Part shown: positions 27,201-39,928 of the stretch, piece after piece
Layout of the letters: the number at the start of each line of letters is the position of its first letter
How positions within the stretch are numbered: the first letter of the stretch is position 1
NCBI GenBank assembly: GCA_964036045.1
Contig: OZ038378.1
Location: forward strand, 136,462,001 to 136,526,000
Length of the DNA stretch: 64,000 nucleotides
From: Eutreptiella sp. 'Long Island Sound 2002'
Taxonomy: Eukaryota; Protista; Euglenida
Direction: 5' to 3'
Notes under the pieces: generated by a model
The model's database searches: none
Seen by the model: only the letters and a program-made list of their open reading frames with translations
What the model was told of the DNA's origin: nothing
Translations under genes and position numbers: made by a program

Positions 27201-29290
27201 TTTGGCCGCTCGTGCGGCACATCCCGTGGTTCGCCGCTTGTGCGGCCCATCGCGTGTTTCGCCGCTCGTGCGGCACATCCCGTGTTTAGCCGCTTGTGCG
27301 GCCCATCGCGCGTTTGGCCTCCCATACGGCATATCCCGTAGTTCGCCGCTCGTGCGGCACATCCCGTGTTTAGCCGCTTGTGCGGCGCATCCTGGGTTTG
27401 GCCGCTCGTGCGGCACACCCCGTGTTTAGCCGCTTGTGCGGCCCATCGCGTGTTTCGCCGCTCGTGCGGCACATCCCGTGTTTAGCCGCTTGTGCGGCCC
27501 ATTGGCGTTTGGCCTCCCATACGGCATATTCCGTAGTTCGCCGCTCGTGCGGCACATCCCGTGTTTAGCCGCTTGTGCGGCGCATCCTGCGTTTGGCCGC
27601 TCGTGCGGCACATCCCGTGTTTAGCCGCTTGTGCGGCCCATGGCGTGTTTCGCCGCTCATGCGGCACATCCCGTGTTTAGCCGCTCATGCGGCACATCGC
27701 GCGTTTGGCCGCTCATGCGGCACATCTTGTGTTTCGCCGCTCGTGCGGCACATCCAGTGTTTAGCCGCTTGTGCGGTGCATGGTGTGTTTCGCCGCTCGT
27801 GCGGCACATCCGGTGTTTTTAACGTTTGTGCGGTGCATCGCGTGTTTCGCCGCTCGTGCGGTACATCCCGTGTTCAACCGCTTTTGCCACACATCCCATG
27901 TTTAGCCGCCAATGCGGCTCATCACCCGTTTAGCCGCCAATGCGTTGTATCCCCTGGGCAGTTGCTCCTGCGGTGCATCTCGTGTATACACGCTCGTGCG
28001 GCGCATCCCGTGTTTAGCCGCCCATGCGGGACATCTTCTGTTTGGCTGCGCGTGTGATAAATGGGTGTTTAGCCGCTCATGCGCCGCATGTTGTTTGTAG
28101 CTGCTCTTGCAGCGCATGACGTGTTTAGCTGCTTGTGTAGCGCGTCATGCGTTTGCCCGCCTTTGCTGCGCCTCCTGTGTTTACCCACCAGTTTATCGTG
28201 TCCCCTCTTTTGCCGGCAGTGAGCCGCTTTTGCGGCGCATCCCGTGTTTAGCCACTTGTGCGGCACATTGCGCATTTAGCCGCTCATACGGCACATCCCC
28301 TGTTTAGCGGCTCGTGTGGTGCATGTCGTGTTTAGCTGCTGGTGTAGCGTATCATGTGTTTCCTAGCCCGTGCGGCGCATGCGTTGTTTAGCCACCACTG
28401 CTCCGCAACCCCTGTTTGGCCGCACTTGAGCCGCCATTGCGGCGCATCCCGTGTTTTGGCGCTTGTGCGGCGCATCGCGCGTTTCGCCGCTCGGGCGGCA
28501 CAGCTCCTGTTTAGCCGCTTGTACGGTGCATCGTGTGTTTAGCTGCAAGTGCGTCGCGTCCCGTGTTCAACCGGTTACCTGCCCATCCCATGTTTAGCTG
28601 CACATACGACGCAAGCCGTGTTTAGCCGGTCCTACGGAGCATCCTGTGTTTAGCCTTCAACGTGGTGCATCCCATTTTTAGCCTATGGTGTGGTGCATTC
28701 CGTGTTTAGCTGCTCATGCGCTGCATTCCGTGTTTAGCCGTCCATGCGGGACATCCTCCTGTGGCGGATCCCGTGATGCGCAACGCGCATTCAAAAGGCC
28801 CCACACGGCGCAACCCGTGTTTCGCCGCTTGTGCGGCGCATCGCGTGTTTAGCCGCTTATGCGGCACATCCCGTGGTCAGCCGCTTGTGAGCCGCCGTTG
28901 CATGGCATCTCGTGTTTAGCTACTTGTGCGGCGCATCCCGTGTTTAGCCGCTCGTGTAGCAAATCCCGTGTTTAGCCGCTCGTGGGGCGCATGGTGTGTT
29001 TAGCCGCTGGTGCGGCACATCCTGTGTTCAACCGGGTTTGCCACGCATCCCGTGTTTCGTTGCACCTACAACGCAAACCGTGTCTAGCTGGTCCTACGGA
29101 GCATCCCGTGTTTAGCCGTCAACATAGTGCATCCCATGTTTAGCCTCTAGCGCGGTGCATCGCGTGTTTAGCCGCTCATGCGCTGCCTCCCATGTTTACA
29201 CGCTAGTGTGGCACAATCCGGCGGCGGCGGCAATGCAATGCGTCCCGTGTTCAGCTGCTCATGTGGCGGATCCCGTGATGCGCAACGCGC
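18273..29290. repeat. 28-bp satellite (consensus GCGGCACATCCCGTGTTTAGCCGCTCGT), about 11 kb, with higher-order repeats
   Basis: Roughly 390 tandem units by length. The variant marker TCCCATAC recurs at 23541, 24353 and 25081 (812 = 29x28; 728 = 26x28). Units degenerate towards the right edge. Confidence 0.98.
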
Positions 29291-29535
29291 GTTCAAGGGC
29301 CCCCACACGGCGCAAACCACATTGAGCCAGGTTAGCCGCACAAGTGGCGATTATGCCACGTCCCCCACATCCGGCCAAAACCACCTCTACTTCTCATCTC
29401 CACATAAGGGCCAAAGACGCGACACCGGTGCGCTTCTTTGTTGTTGGTGAGCACACGGGGAGTTTCATCGTCTCCCTGCAAATTTGTTTCCTTGGTGCAA
29501 CAACACCCAGTAACGTTTGTGATTTGGATTTCTGC

Positions 29536-30588
29536 CTTTGCATATTGCTCAATATTGCCCATGGCATGTTTGCTCGCTAACAACGATGCTACAATTCGGA
29601 ATACAAAGTTAGGACATTGAACGTTTTTTTTTGTGTTTTAGCGGCCATGTAGGAATAGCAACGTCGCATTCTGTTTCGTCCGCAAGAGGTCACATGGTGT
29701 TGTTGTTTTTCTTTCCTCCCATGGCTTGTTGCAGCATAGGCGTACCATGTCCCATAATTTTGACATTTTTGCTGACTGTGTTGCTGTGTTTGCTCGCCTT
29801 GGGGACGATGAACCCGCACCACCACATTTTGTCCCGCTTGCGGCCCATCGCCACGGGCAAAGCAACCGCCTCGGGTTTTTGGTGGTGCGGTGTGTTGGTG
29901 CCGTGGACAACACCTTCTTGCGGCTATTCCCACATGCTTCCCTCCATAGTACACATCCTTACCGGGCATCGCGCGTCCCAGGGTTCCCACTCCCGTCAAA
30001 CATCCCAACGGTGGTTGCCGCCATATCCGTTCCGCCGCCCGCTGTGGCTCCTGTTGGGGCCCCTTTGCATTTTGCTCAATATTGCCCATGGCATGTTTGC
30101 TCGCTAACGACGATGCTACAATTCGGAATACAAAGTTAGGACATTGAACGTTTTTTTTGTGTTTTAGCGGCCATGTAGGAATAGCAACGTCGCATTCTGT
30201 TTCGTCCGCAAGAGGTCACATGGTGTTGTTGTTTTTCTTTCCTCCCATGGCTTGTTGCAGCATAGGCGTACCATGTCCCATAATTTTGACATTTTTGCTG
30301 ACTGTGTTGCTGTGTTTGCTCGCCTTGGAGACGATGAACCCGCACCACCACATTTTGTCCCGCTTGCGGCCCATCGCCACGGGCAAAGCAACCGCCTCGG
30401 GTTTTTGGTGGTGCGGTGTGTCGGTGCCGTGGACAACACCTTCTTGCGGCTATTCCCACATGCTTCCCTCCATAGTACACATCCCTACTGGGCATCGCGC
30501 GTCCCAGGGTTCCCACTCCCGTCAAACATCCCAACGGTGGTTGCCGCCATATCCGTTCCGCCGCCCGCTGTGGCTCCTGTTGGGGCCC
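29536..30588. repeat. Direct tandem duplication of about 526 bp
   Basis: GCTCAATATTGCCCATGGCATG at 29548 and 30074; the two copies are near-identical. Confidence 0.93.
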
Positions 30589-33113
30589 CAAGCGCAGGCC
30601 CTTTGGGGCACCACGTGAACCCCATAACAAACACTACGCAGACTGCACCCTCTGTTGCCCTCCCCGTGGGCACCGGCGCCAGTACCCTCAGCATCAGGCC
30701 ACGACAGCTGCCCGTTGTATCCCCCAAAGTAGCACCGGAGGCATCTATGGAACTCCCGTGCAGCAATAACCAAGCTCCGCCACATGACCGCCCGATTATG
30801 CATTCACTTCTTCCAAAATGTGGCACACCAAGCACGGTTGCACCCGTGGCACCCTCCAACACCTTGCCCGCCTCTACCCATGCCCCTGGGCCCATTGCTA
30901 GCCCGCAGCAAGTGCAAGTTGCATCCCGAACGTCCGCTACCCGTTTGCATCCCCCTGAGGATGAGGCGTGTACGGCACCTTTGAATGTCCTCCCCATGAA
31001 CACCATTCACAAAGCGCCGGGTGGCCACCATCGTACCGCAAGCCCTCGTCGGCCCAATACCACTTACTTTCCAATCGGGCGCAAGGATGACAAAATACGT
31101 GCCTCCACTGAGCCCCCACCGAAGGATGTGGCATCACCCACCCACGCGGAAGCCCACTCTTCCAATCAACGCACACCCTTGGCCCGTCACTTGGCTAGCC
31201 AAGTCCATGCCCCCTCTCCCCATCGTCGAGAAAATTTGGCACCACAAGTGGCATTAGAAGCACTTACCACACCCTCCAATCCCCAGCCAACCACAGGACC
31301 GCAAGTGACCATCCGAGTCCCTGCTTGCTCTTCAAGTTTGGTTCCACGTGCAGACCCATGGTTGAATATCCAAGTCCCCGTGCTCGGGAATGATTCTGGC
31401 GATGATGCGGCGTGGGAAGAATCACATGGAACGGCATTTAAGTCGTGGGTAAATGAGTGGCGCAAAGCAAAACAGGTGATTGCTTCCTCTGCATCTGCTT
31501 GGTGCGCTTTGCTAGAAGTACATGTGTGTCATACCGGACGGTTGCATACCTCCTTGTTTGTGTCTTTTGGTGGATGTAGCGGTCACCTGTCCCCTTGCAG
31601 GCCTCCAGGACAGTATCGCAATATGTGCGGGGCTCGAAGGATGAGTGTGTTCAGCATCAAGCATCCCATGCCAATAATGCCACCGCAAATGCATCACATG
31701 GTGCGCTGGACGCAGCAAAACCAAAGGTAAGCCTGGTGTGGTCCATATGCCATGGCGTCGCCTACATTTGTCATCGTACGATACCCTCATCATTGCTGCT
31801 TGTAGGCTACACAACTCCCTTGCGCACATGACGAATCAGTTGATGGTAAATCGTATGATCGTGGGTTTTCGTCTTGGGCACCATGTCAAGCCGGGGTCGT
31901 ACCGCACGCCACGTCAAGGGCAATGGTCATGTCCCACCTCTTGTTGTGATTGATTGTCTTTGTGAGCACCGTTGCCTCTACGGAACAACACTGCGTTTTC
32001 ACGTACCAACTGGTGGTGCAGCTTCAATGCCACCTTGCCCCTCATGTGACAACACCATAGGCAAAGTGCAGCGGGTTCGCATGCTCCTTTGACCGTGAAG
32101 CAATTGAGGTTGTTGACGAGGACATCCGTGAAGAAGAGAAGGATGAGGAGGAGGCGAACGCCGCGTCAAGGGCAACGGTCATGTCCCAGGTCATGTCCCA
32201 CTTCCTATTGTGACTGCGTTTATGAGCACCGTGGCTTGTACAGAACAACATTGCGTTGTCAGTGCCATTCATTTTTCAACTCGTGGTCTCACCACGTAGG
32301 GGGAACACCACCTTGCCCCCATGTAACAATACCAATGTGGTCAATGCATAGGCAAAACGCAGCGGGCTCGCATGCTTCTTGGACCGTGAAGCAATGGAGG
32401 TGGCTGACGAGGACATCAGTGAAGAAGAGGAGGATGAGGAGGATGAGGAGGATGAGGAGGATGAGGAGGATGGGGTTACAAATGACGAGGAGGATGTGCA
32501 AGTGGGACACAATGGCCAGAGAGTGTTTACGAACGCCGCGTCAAGGGCAACGGTCATGTCCCACCTCCTATTGTGACGGCGTTTGTGAGCACCGTGGGTT
32601 GTACGGAACAACATTGCGTTGTCAGTGCCATTCGTTTTTCAACTCGTGATCTCACCACGTAGCGAGAACACCACCTTGCCCCCATGTAACAATACCAATG
32701 TGGTCAATGCATAGGCAAAACGCAGCGGGCTCGCATGCTTCTTGGACCGTGAAGCAATGGAGGTGGCTGACGAGGACATCAGTGAAGAAGAGGAGGATGA
32801 GGAGAGTGACCAGGCTGAGGACCATGGGGTGGCAGGGGACGAGGAAGTGGATGACATGGATGCCCATGGCGTTGAGGAAGAACATGATGGCGAGGAGAGT
32901 GAGGGAGCGCTTACGAAGGGATTGCATGATTCCTCCACGGGTGCCTTGGCCATGGGTCTAGCGCAGTACCATGCCGTTTTGGGTCGGTCGTCCTTGCTGC
33001 CCCGCAGCAAAGCAGCTCCCCGCAGGCGGAAGAGAAGGGACGCGGTCAAATTGCGTTGCGTTAGGCGGCGCGTGGCCCCGGAATCAGACAGTGATGGCCT
33101 TGAAGGACTTTAA
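30252..33113 (+). CDS. Putative spliced gene of unknown function: Pro/Thr-rich 492-aa ORF plus downstream acidic exon(s) ending in a basic NLS-like motif
   Basis: ORF 30252-31730 ends at a GTAAGC donor, with a TTGTAG acceptor near 31805. Acidic segments FLDREAMEVADEDISEEEED follow CATAG acceptors (363-bp duplication, 32290/32653). The last copy ends with RRRKRR. Exon structure is not proven. Confidence 0.3.
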
Positions 33114-34591
33114 GTTCTTATACCACTGTCCGCAGGGTACAGCTGGCTTGCCTCTGCACTCTTTGCTGCACGGACGTGTTTTGCTTGCCCCGAAACGAGC
33201 ACATGATATCGTTCATTGTGGTTGGTAGACTGGCTGCCCTTTGGGGGCTTGAACCGACCGGCCAATGCCATTTCGTGTCTCTTCACAAAAGGAGAGGGAT
33301 AAAACTTTCTCCTTCGAGGCTGCCCCACACCCTGCAACCAAAGTGGTGTAGCCATTTTGTGACTTTTTATCCATGGAGTGCGATAAAACTTTCTCCTTTG
33401 CGCCCCCCCTCCCCAACACATCCTCCAACCGAAGTCGTGTAGCATAACCTGTAGCGGAGTCCAAGGTTCTTTCCAGCTTCGGTCATGATTTTGTGTCCCC
33501 ATTTGAGGGATCCAATGCCCCATGGGTGTCTCATGGATTGGCATCAACATTCATCTTCCTCGCGCATCCCGCTTTTGCGTGCACTTTGGCAGGGCATTGC
33601 ATGGGCTTCAATGCAACATACACCAACTTTGCATCGAGGAACTCCCGTCGTTGACAATAGGAAGCAACTTTATGTTGCAAAACTTACGTGAGCTCTTCCC
33701 ATATCAGTGACCCTCCATTGCAATTGTACCTAAACACCAGTTATCCTCATTTGCTACCTCTGTTCAATGCTTGTGTGTGCATTTGTCGTTGTCCAAGGCT
33801 CTCTTGGTGACTCTGGTGAATGCGTCCGGCAGTGTACACCTCAAAACGCAAGGTCCAAGTTGGTGCTGCTCATCCAGAAAGCCGTTCAACTGGTTAAGGA
33901 TTGGGTGGTTAAGGATTGGCCTCTGGCGTTACTTGTGGGTAGCGAGCGACCAATGCCTCTAGGTTTCTTGATCACATGCCGTTGTTCAGTGATCGGTTGT
34001 ACATGTAGCGATGTGCAAACCTATGTGTGTCTAGGGTGCGGGGCTGCGTGATGGTTATCAAGGGAGCAACACACAAAGCGGGGCTTTCTTGGTCACTAAG
34101 GTGAATGCTACCTGCGGTGTACACTCATCCACGAAGCAATTAACTGTTCTGATCGAGGGGATTTCACGGGGTTGTATTCCATGGATGTGCAACCCAAGCA
34201 CGAGATGGCGCACCTCCAATTCACTATCGCACATTTGCTCCCGGAGGTTACGCATGATGGGCCACTTGTGGCATCCGCCTGTTTATGGATTCAAAACATG
34301 CACAGACCTACCAGATTATCAGGGATGAAGATGGAACGGTCACCCACATGTGTCACGCACTGTTGATGCAAAAGACAAATGGGTCGTTGGTGATCGTTGT
34401 GGCTCCCCTTATGGTTGGTGCACTTTGCGAGGCATGGGAGAGGGTGTTATTGGTAATGGTGGCAATTGCTTGTCGCGGCGGCGTGGGAATTTGAACGTTG
34501 TCCTTGGGGACGGTTCCTTTTTTTTTTGCATGTTACTATGCTCCGTGTGCTTCACTAGCAACACCGCATTGCACAGCTTATTGTTCGTATT

Positions 34592-36475
34592 ATGTCGTGC
34601 TCTGCACTCAAAGGACAACGATTGGAGGTTGTGTTGAGGGGGTTGACACGGTGCGACATTCAGTCGCTTGTGCAGGCAGACGATGATGTCCGCACAGGGC
34701 TCGACTTCATGGTTCTTCATAACGTTGCTACCAAGATTGACATGCCTCGCGGACTTTACGAGCGCCAAGGCGATCGCCGCATTCGCCAGTGGAATGCCGA
34801 GGCAAAACCCTCGCGTCCCAACGGCTTCTCCTTGTGCCTCGACAAATCCGGTGTTTGTTTTAGCCGTGCTTTTGATGGTGAGCACGTCTTCCGGACGTGC
34901 GCCTCGCGCCTTGTTGAACGTCTTGTTGAGGGTTCGATGTATGTTGAAGTGGGCGGTTCCGTTTCGTCCTTCTGGGAAAAGGCTGAAGTGGACATCATCT
35001 CGGTGGACACAAGTGACCGTTTGATCGGATGGGCGCAAATCAAGGCCAACTACAATCCGTTCAATGTCTTCTCAGGGTGTGCCACAAAAGAGCTCGTGTA
35101 CTCCCCAAACGAATTCGGAGGGGCCCATCTTGCTGGCGTAAAGGTGATCTCATCGGTGTTCTCGGAGATTAGGGTGTACGAGGGATGCCGTGGATGCGAG
35201 GGTCTTGACGATGTTCGCGTCACCAAAGTGTGCAACAATTGTACTGCGGCCACCGGGAAACCGGCCAAATACTTCAGCTTCATGTTGAAAGTGGACATCA
35301 ATGGCCGCATTGAGAAAACCTTGTGGCGTGGCAAATCGGCGTCGCTGTACGTCATGCAGTACTTGGATGCCTGTGAAATGAATGATCCTTTTGCCATCGC
35401 CGATGCCATCGAGCGCGCGTTTCCCCGAGACCACCTCCTGGACCTCATCGTGTGGTACCGGACGCATATTGCGTCAGACGGGGTGGAGTGCCCAGTCAAC
35501 CTCTTGCATGTGGTTCTCAGCCGCCCCGCCAACCATGCCGATTGGCCTGTGCATCAACCGGTGTCTCTTCATGATTCCATGGGCTATGGTGACCTTCCGG
35601 AGGTTGCCTCACTCTCCGAAGCAGGCACCGGGCAAGGTGGGGTGGATGTGGATGGAGTGCTGCACCCGGTGGCGTTGAACGCATACAACCAGAGTTGTGG
35701 TACCAATGCCACTCTCCAAGGGCTCTTTGCTCTGCCGCCCTTGCGCGCTTCTATTTTGCAAACGGAGCGCTCCAATCGTGCCGTATGCCGCGCATTGGTA
35801 CGGTGTGTGGAAGCCTTGCAATCTGGGATTGCGCCGCGCCCGGAGTTCATCCGTGGTCTGCGCTTGCACACCATGCCTCTGCTACGCGCCGGGGAAGAGG
35901 GTTCCAACGTGGTGCACATGTGGAACGCTCTTGCCATGGGTGTGCCACTTGACTCTGTGCGGTTTGCGGTGCACCGCCAATATAGATGCCCTGTTGCCGG
36001 TTGCGAGATGGTCATTGAGGAAATGATGCCCGAAGTGCACCACATGCTTACGCTACCCCACAATATGGCAATTCAACAGGGCTTGGATGCCGCTCCCCAA
36101 GAAGTGCAACAAGTCAATGAGGGTTATCTTGTTCATTGTCCCGACCATTTCGCACAACAAGCAGTGGCATACACCCGCCGCTTCGCCGGACACAGAGATG
36201 GGCTTGTTATTGCGCGTGCGGCAGGTGGCCAGATTGCCATTCCCGCGGAGGTCACCTTTGCGAATAGCCGCTGGTCAGCCCGTAGTGTGGTTGAGCACCG
36301 CCCCAATCACTACGTAGCTTACGTCCGAGTGGACCAGCGGGATGGTGGAGCGCGCTACTTCGTGTGCGATGATGCTTCCATCACAGGCTGTGACAACGCT
36401 ATCCCAGACTGCCGGATGGTGTTGCTCTTCTTGCAACGCGAAGGTGGCCCGGAAAACGAGGTTCCGCGGCCCTAA
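34592..36475 (+). CDS. RPA70-like OB-fold (with C4 zinc ribbon) fused to a ubiquitin-specific protease (peptidase C19) domain
   Basis: YEGCRGC...CNNC...YFSFMLKVDING matches the RPA70 DBD-C pattern. USP Cys box NQSCGTNATLQGLFALPPLR (Cys 35696), His box NHYVAYVR (His 36308) and YFVCDD (Asp 36368). The frame extends 5' to a CACTAG acceptor at 34558, so upstream exons are likely. Confidence 0.8.
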   Translation: MSCSALKGQRLEVVLRGLTRCDIQSLVQADDDVRTGLDFMVLHNVATKIDMPRGLYERQGDRRIRQWNAEAKPSRPNGFSLCLDKSGVCFSRAFDGEHVFRTCASRLVERLVEGSMYVEVGGSVSSFWEKAEVDIISVDTSDRLIGWAQIKANYNPFNVFSGCATKELVYSPNEFGGAHLAGVKVISSVFSEIRVYEGCRGCEGLDDVRVTKVCNNCTAATGKPAKYFSFMLKVDINGRIEKTLWRGKSASLYVMQYLDACEMNDPFAIADAIERAFPRDHLLDLIVWYRTHIASDGVECPVNLLHVVLSRPANHADWPVHQPVSLHDSMGYGDLPEVASLSEAGTGQGGVDVDGVLHPVALNAYNQSCGTNATLQGLFALPPLRASILQTERSNRAVCRALVRCVEALQSGIAPRPEFIRGLRLHTMPLLRAGEEGSNVVHMWNALAMGVPLDSVRFAVHRQYRCPVAGCEMVIEEMMPEVHHMLTLPHNMAIQQGLDAAPQEVQQVNEGYLVHCPDHFAQQAVAYTRRFAGHRDGLVIARAAGGQIAIPAEVTFANSRWSARSVVEHRPNHYVAYVRVDQRDGGARYFVCDDASITGCDNAIPDCRMVLLFLQREGGPENEVPRP

Positions 36476-37824
36476 ATGCCCGCCCTGGCATCCATTCCTA
36501 CCCTTTGTGCCCCACCAAGGGCAGGGGAATGTGCACCTACACACCACCGGCAAGCCCTGCAGGGCTTGCTTTTTCGGGGTGATGTCATACCGGTTTCCGC
36601 CAGCCGTAAGGTCTTTGCCGAGCTACGTGCTATGCATGTGGTACGCGAACCATGCAGTGCGCACACAGCGCAAATTTTTGTACGTTGGCCACTACTTGAA
36701 CTGTAGCTTTGGTGTTCCAGAACAGGTTTTTTTATGCCTCTTGTGCATTTAGGATATGGCACATTAGCTGATTCCAACCTTCATGGCCACCACATTGCTA
36801 TTGTTGGTAGGCAACGTTTTTTGTGGATTCTATCCATGAGCTAGCACTTGAAACCTATACAGACACCCTTGGATCATTGCAAATCACCAGCAAGGCATAT
36901 CAGGAAAGGTGCACATCGGGATGCTACAAGTCAGGGCCCAATTGGGTCAAGGTCAACAATCTATGTTTGCGGAAGACTGCCACCATCTTCCAACACACGC
37001 CAGCAACAACGGGTGGCGCTCGTGGGGATGTAAAGCACGTTGTTATGCCGTCGGAAATGTAGGTTTCCTCCCTTCCTCTTTGGCTGGGTCTCATGGTGTT
37101 CGCATTGCATGCACTGCGCACCTGTCACCCACGCAGTGCGCACACAGTGCAATGCCCTTATGCTTGAGGCCTATGTCCCCCTGGGTTCCACAACCCGACA
37201 AAGGGTCACGTTAATGCAAAACATGATGGCAACATGAGTAGTTTTGGATCCCACTGCATCACCATGGGACGTGCACAGCAGGTGGAGGATGGTGGTGCAA
37301 GTGCACGTGGGTCCTCCACGGCAACACCCCGCGAAACCATTGCACATGGGCTTGGTTGGCCGATTGTTTCCCTTTGGGTGCTTGAACCAACCAGTGTACC
37401 CAGCGATACATGGTTGTGCATCGAAGGTCGTCACCTCCATCCCCCTCCGCATGTGCTCCCATTGGGTTATATAAGCCCGTGGCGCCAAGGCTCACAAGAA
37501 GGGTGGCAGGACCGTAGTGTGCCATGGGTGCGGGCCCTCCACGGCCACATTCGGACCCCCCCCCCATCTCCCCAACACTTGCCCTCGGGAAATTTTGGCA
37601 TGCAACCACTCTGTGCGTACATCACAATATTTTGTGTGTTGGCTCACATGGTGACAACTATGGTGGGTTTTGCTCCCACCCCCCGTGGTATGTGGCGCAA
37701 AACAGTGTTTGGCAACTCATAAGGTTTGGGGACAGGCGTGTGCTCCCCTTGGGTTCCCTAAGCTAGTGGCACCAAGGCTCACACCAACGGTGGCAAAACC
37801 AGCATATTGCGCCCATGGTCTTCA

Positions 37825-39190
37825 TCGGGGCAGCATACACTACTTACCCCAGTCATGCATGGCAATCGTGTCAACGCAATATCATATGCAACGCGAATGA
37901 GTGTCACAACCTCGGAACGTCATCGGATTATCAGCTGCATGCCATCAATGCCATGTTTTTTTGTCGTGCCCATCTCTGGTGGCCCTCATGGCGGGGTACC
38001 ATTATACAATGTTGCATCATCGTTGAGCAATTTGGACGTTTTTCCTTCTATGTCGTATGCTGCTAAGACCCTCGTTGTACTTGCCGTGCTCTACTTCCGT
38101 ACTTACCGTGTCCAACCGGATGCCACAATCTGACAGATCACCGTTTTTCACTAGATGCAACGTTGCCCATGCCCATGCCCATCCCCCACCCCCCCCCTCG
38201 GTGCTGTGATACAAGCAAACTGATTGGTGGTTTTCTGCCTTTCGGACACGACATCGGACTAATTCTAAACAATGTTCAGATCAAAATTTGAGAACCTTTT
38301 CTCCCGGGCGTATGAATCGAACCGCTGCTCTCCAGAAACGGCCAAAATCGGCACAACCAATACCACTACCGCCATCCGGTAGTTGCCAAAATGGTGAAAA
38401 CCGGCCAAAATCGCAAAAAATGATAAACCCTCCACCCCAATAATACTCACATGTGAATACTAAACATCCGTGAATATCAGATGGATGACTTGTAATGTAT
38501 GTGTCCATCACATCGGGGGCAGCATGTACTACTTACCCCAGTCATGCATGGCAATTGTCTCAACCCAATGTCATAGGCAACGAGTATGAGTGTCACAACC
38601 TCGGAACGTCATCGGATTATCAGCTGCATGCCATCAATGCCATGTTTCTTGTGGTGCCCATCACTGGTGGCCCTCATGGCGGGGTACCATTGTACAGTGT
38701 GGCATCATCGTTGAGCAATTTGGACGTTTTCCCTTCAATTTTGCCCCGTCGTATGCTATTAAGACCCTCGGTGTACTTGCCGTGCTCTATTTTCGTACTT
38801 GCCGTGTCCAACCGGATGCCACAATCTGACAGATCACCCCGTACAACGTGCCCACGCCCATGCCCCCCCCCCCCCCGTGCCATGATACAAACAGACAGGT
38901 TGGTGGTTTTCTGCCTTTTGGACACGACATTGAAATATTTCTAAACAAAGTTCACATCAAAATTCAATAACCGTTTCTCCGGGGTGTATGAATCAAACTA
39001 TTGCTCTCCAAAAATGGCCAAAATCGGCACAACCAATACCACTACCGCCATCCGGTAATGGCCAAAATGGTGAACAGCGGCCAAAATCGCTGAAAATGAT
39101 GAACCCTCCAGCCCAGGAATATTCACATGTGAATACTAAACGTCCGTGAATATTTGATGGATGACCTGTAATGTATGTGTCCATCACACG
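37825..39190. repeat. Diverged tandem duplication of about 685 bp
   Basis: CTACTTACCCCAGTCATGCATGGCAAT and the downstream blocks occur near 37840 and 38530. Confidence 0.85.
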
Positions 39191-39928
39191 GTTACGGCTG
39201 CCTGTATTCCGCGGTGTAGAGATGACATTGTGTGCGACATCGGCAATCCCCTATGCAAGGTTCATCCGCTGCATGTGAATAGTACTTTTGGCGTGACTAT
39301 TACACGTGGGTTTGCATCGATGGGCAAGATAATCCAAAAACATAAAAATACTGCCGCCCAAAAAATGCCCAAACGGCCGACCAAACCTATGCATGTCAGA
39401 GGTTCATCTACACACCAAATGATCCCACTGGCACACAAGGGTGGGCACTTGTCCAGTTGAACATTCGTTGTACGACAATTTGCTTTGGGTGACCTCAATC
39501 CCATACAGTGGGACGTCATGTCTTTCTTGGTGCTACACGCAGGTGCAGCTAGTGTGCACTGAAAAAAGCCTCATGCACAAGCACTAGGGCACACATCACG
39601 ATATACAGTCGTCGGGTGGGGCGTTGGAGCGTACGTATTTATTTATTTACACCCCAATGCCCACGTTGAGAACGAAGGGCACCAAAGAGGCATGGAACAG
39701 TCCGACAACTCGCGTGGTAGTTGGGCACGTGCTTTGTGATCGCTTGCTAAAACGACCCATCGTGTTTTCTGCAAGGCACCAGCTGTGCTACCAGGAAAAA
39801 AGTGCCAGAGTCAGAAGAGAGACATATGTTGCCATTTAGTGTAGTCACATCATGCCGGCCCCAAAGAGAGATCAACAATGTGATGCAAAGTGCCTCCACA
39901 TGCCTCTTAGACGTTTTGTATAAGCCAT

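Noticed and set aside
18273-29290. 28-bp hairpin repeats as a CRISPR array, and the many Cys/Ala/Arg-rich ORFs as genes
   Set aside because: There are no unique spacers (units are contiguous) and no cas genes. The unit length is not a multiple of 3, and the ORFs simply translate the satellite.
33767-34494. Short + strand ORFs as separate genes
   Set aside because: They may be upstream exons of the OB-USP gene, but frames and splice sites could not be resolved and no motif is recognisable.
36823-37062. 79-aa ORF as an extra OB-fold exon
   Set aside because: Resemblance is too weak to support.
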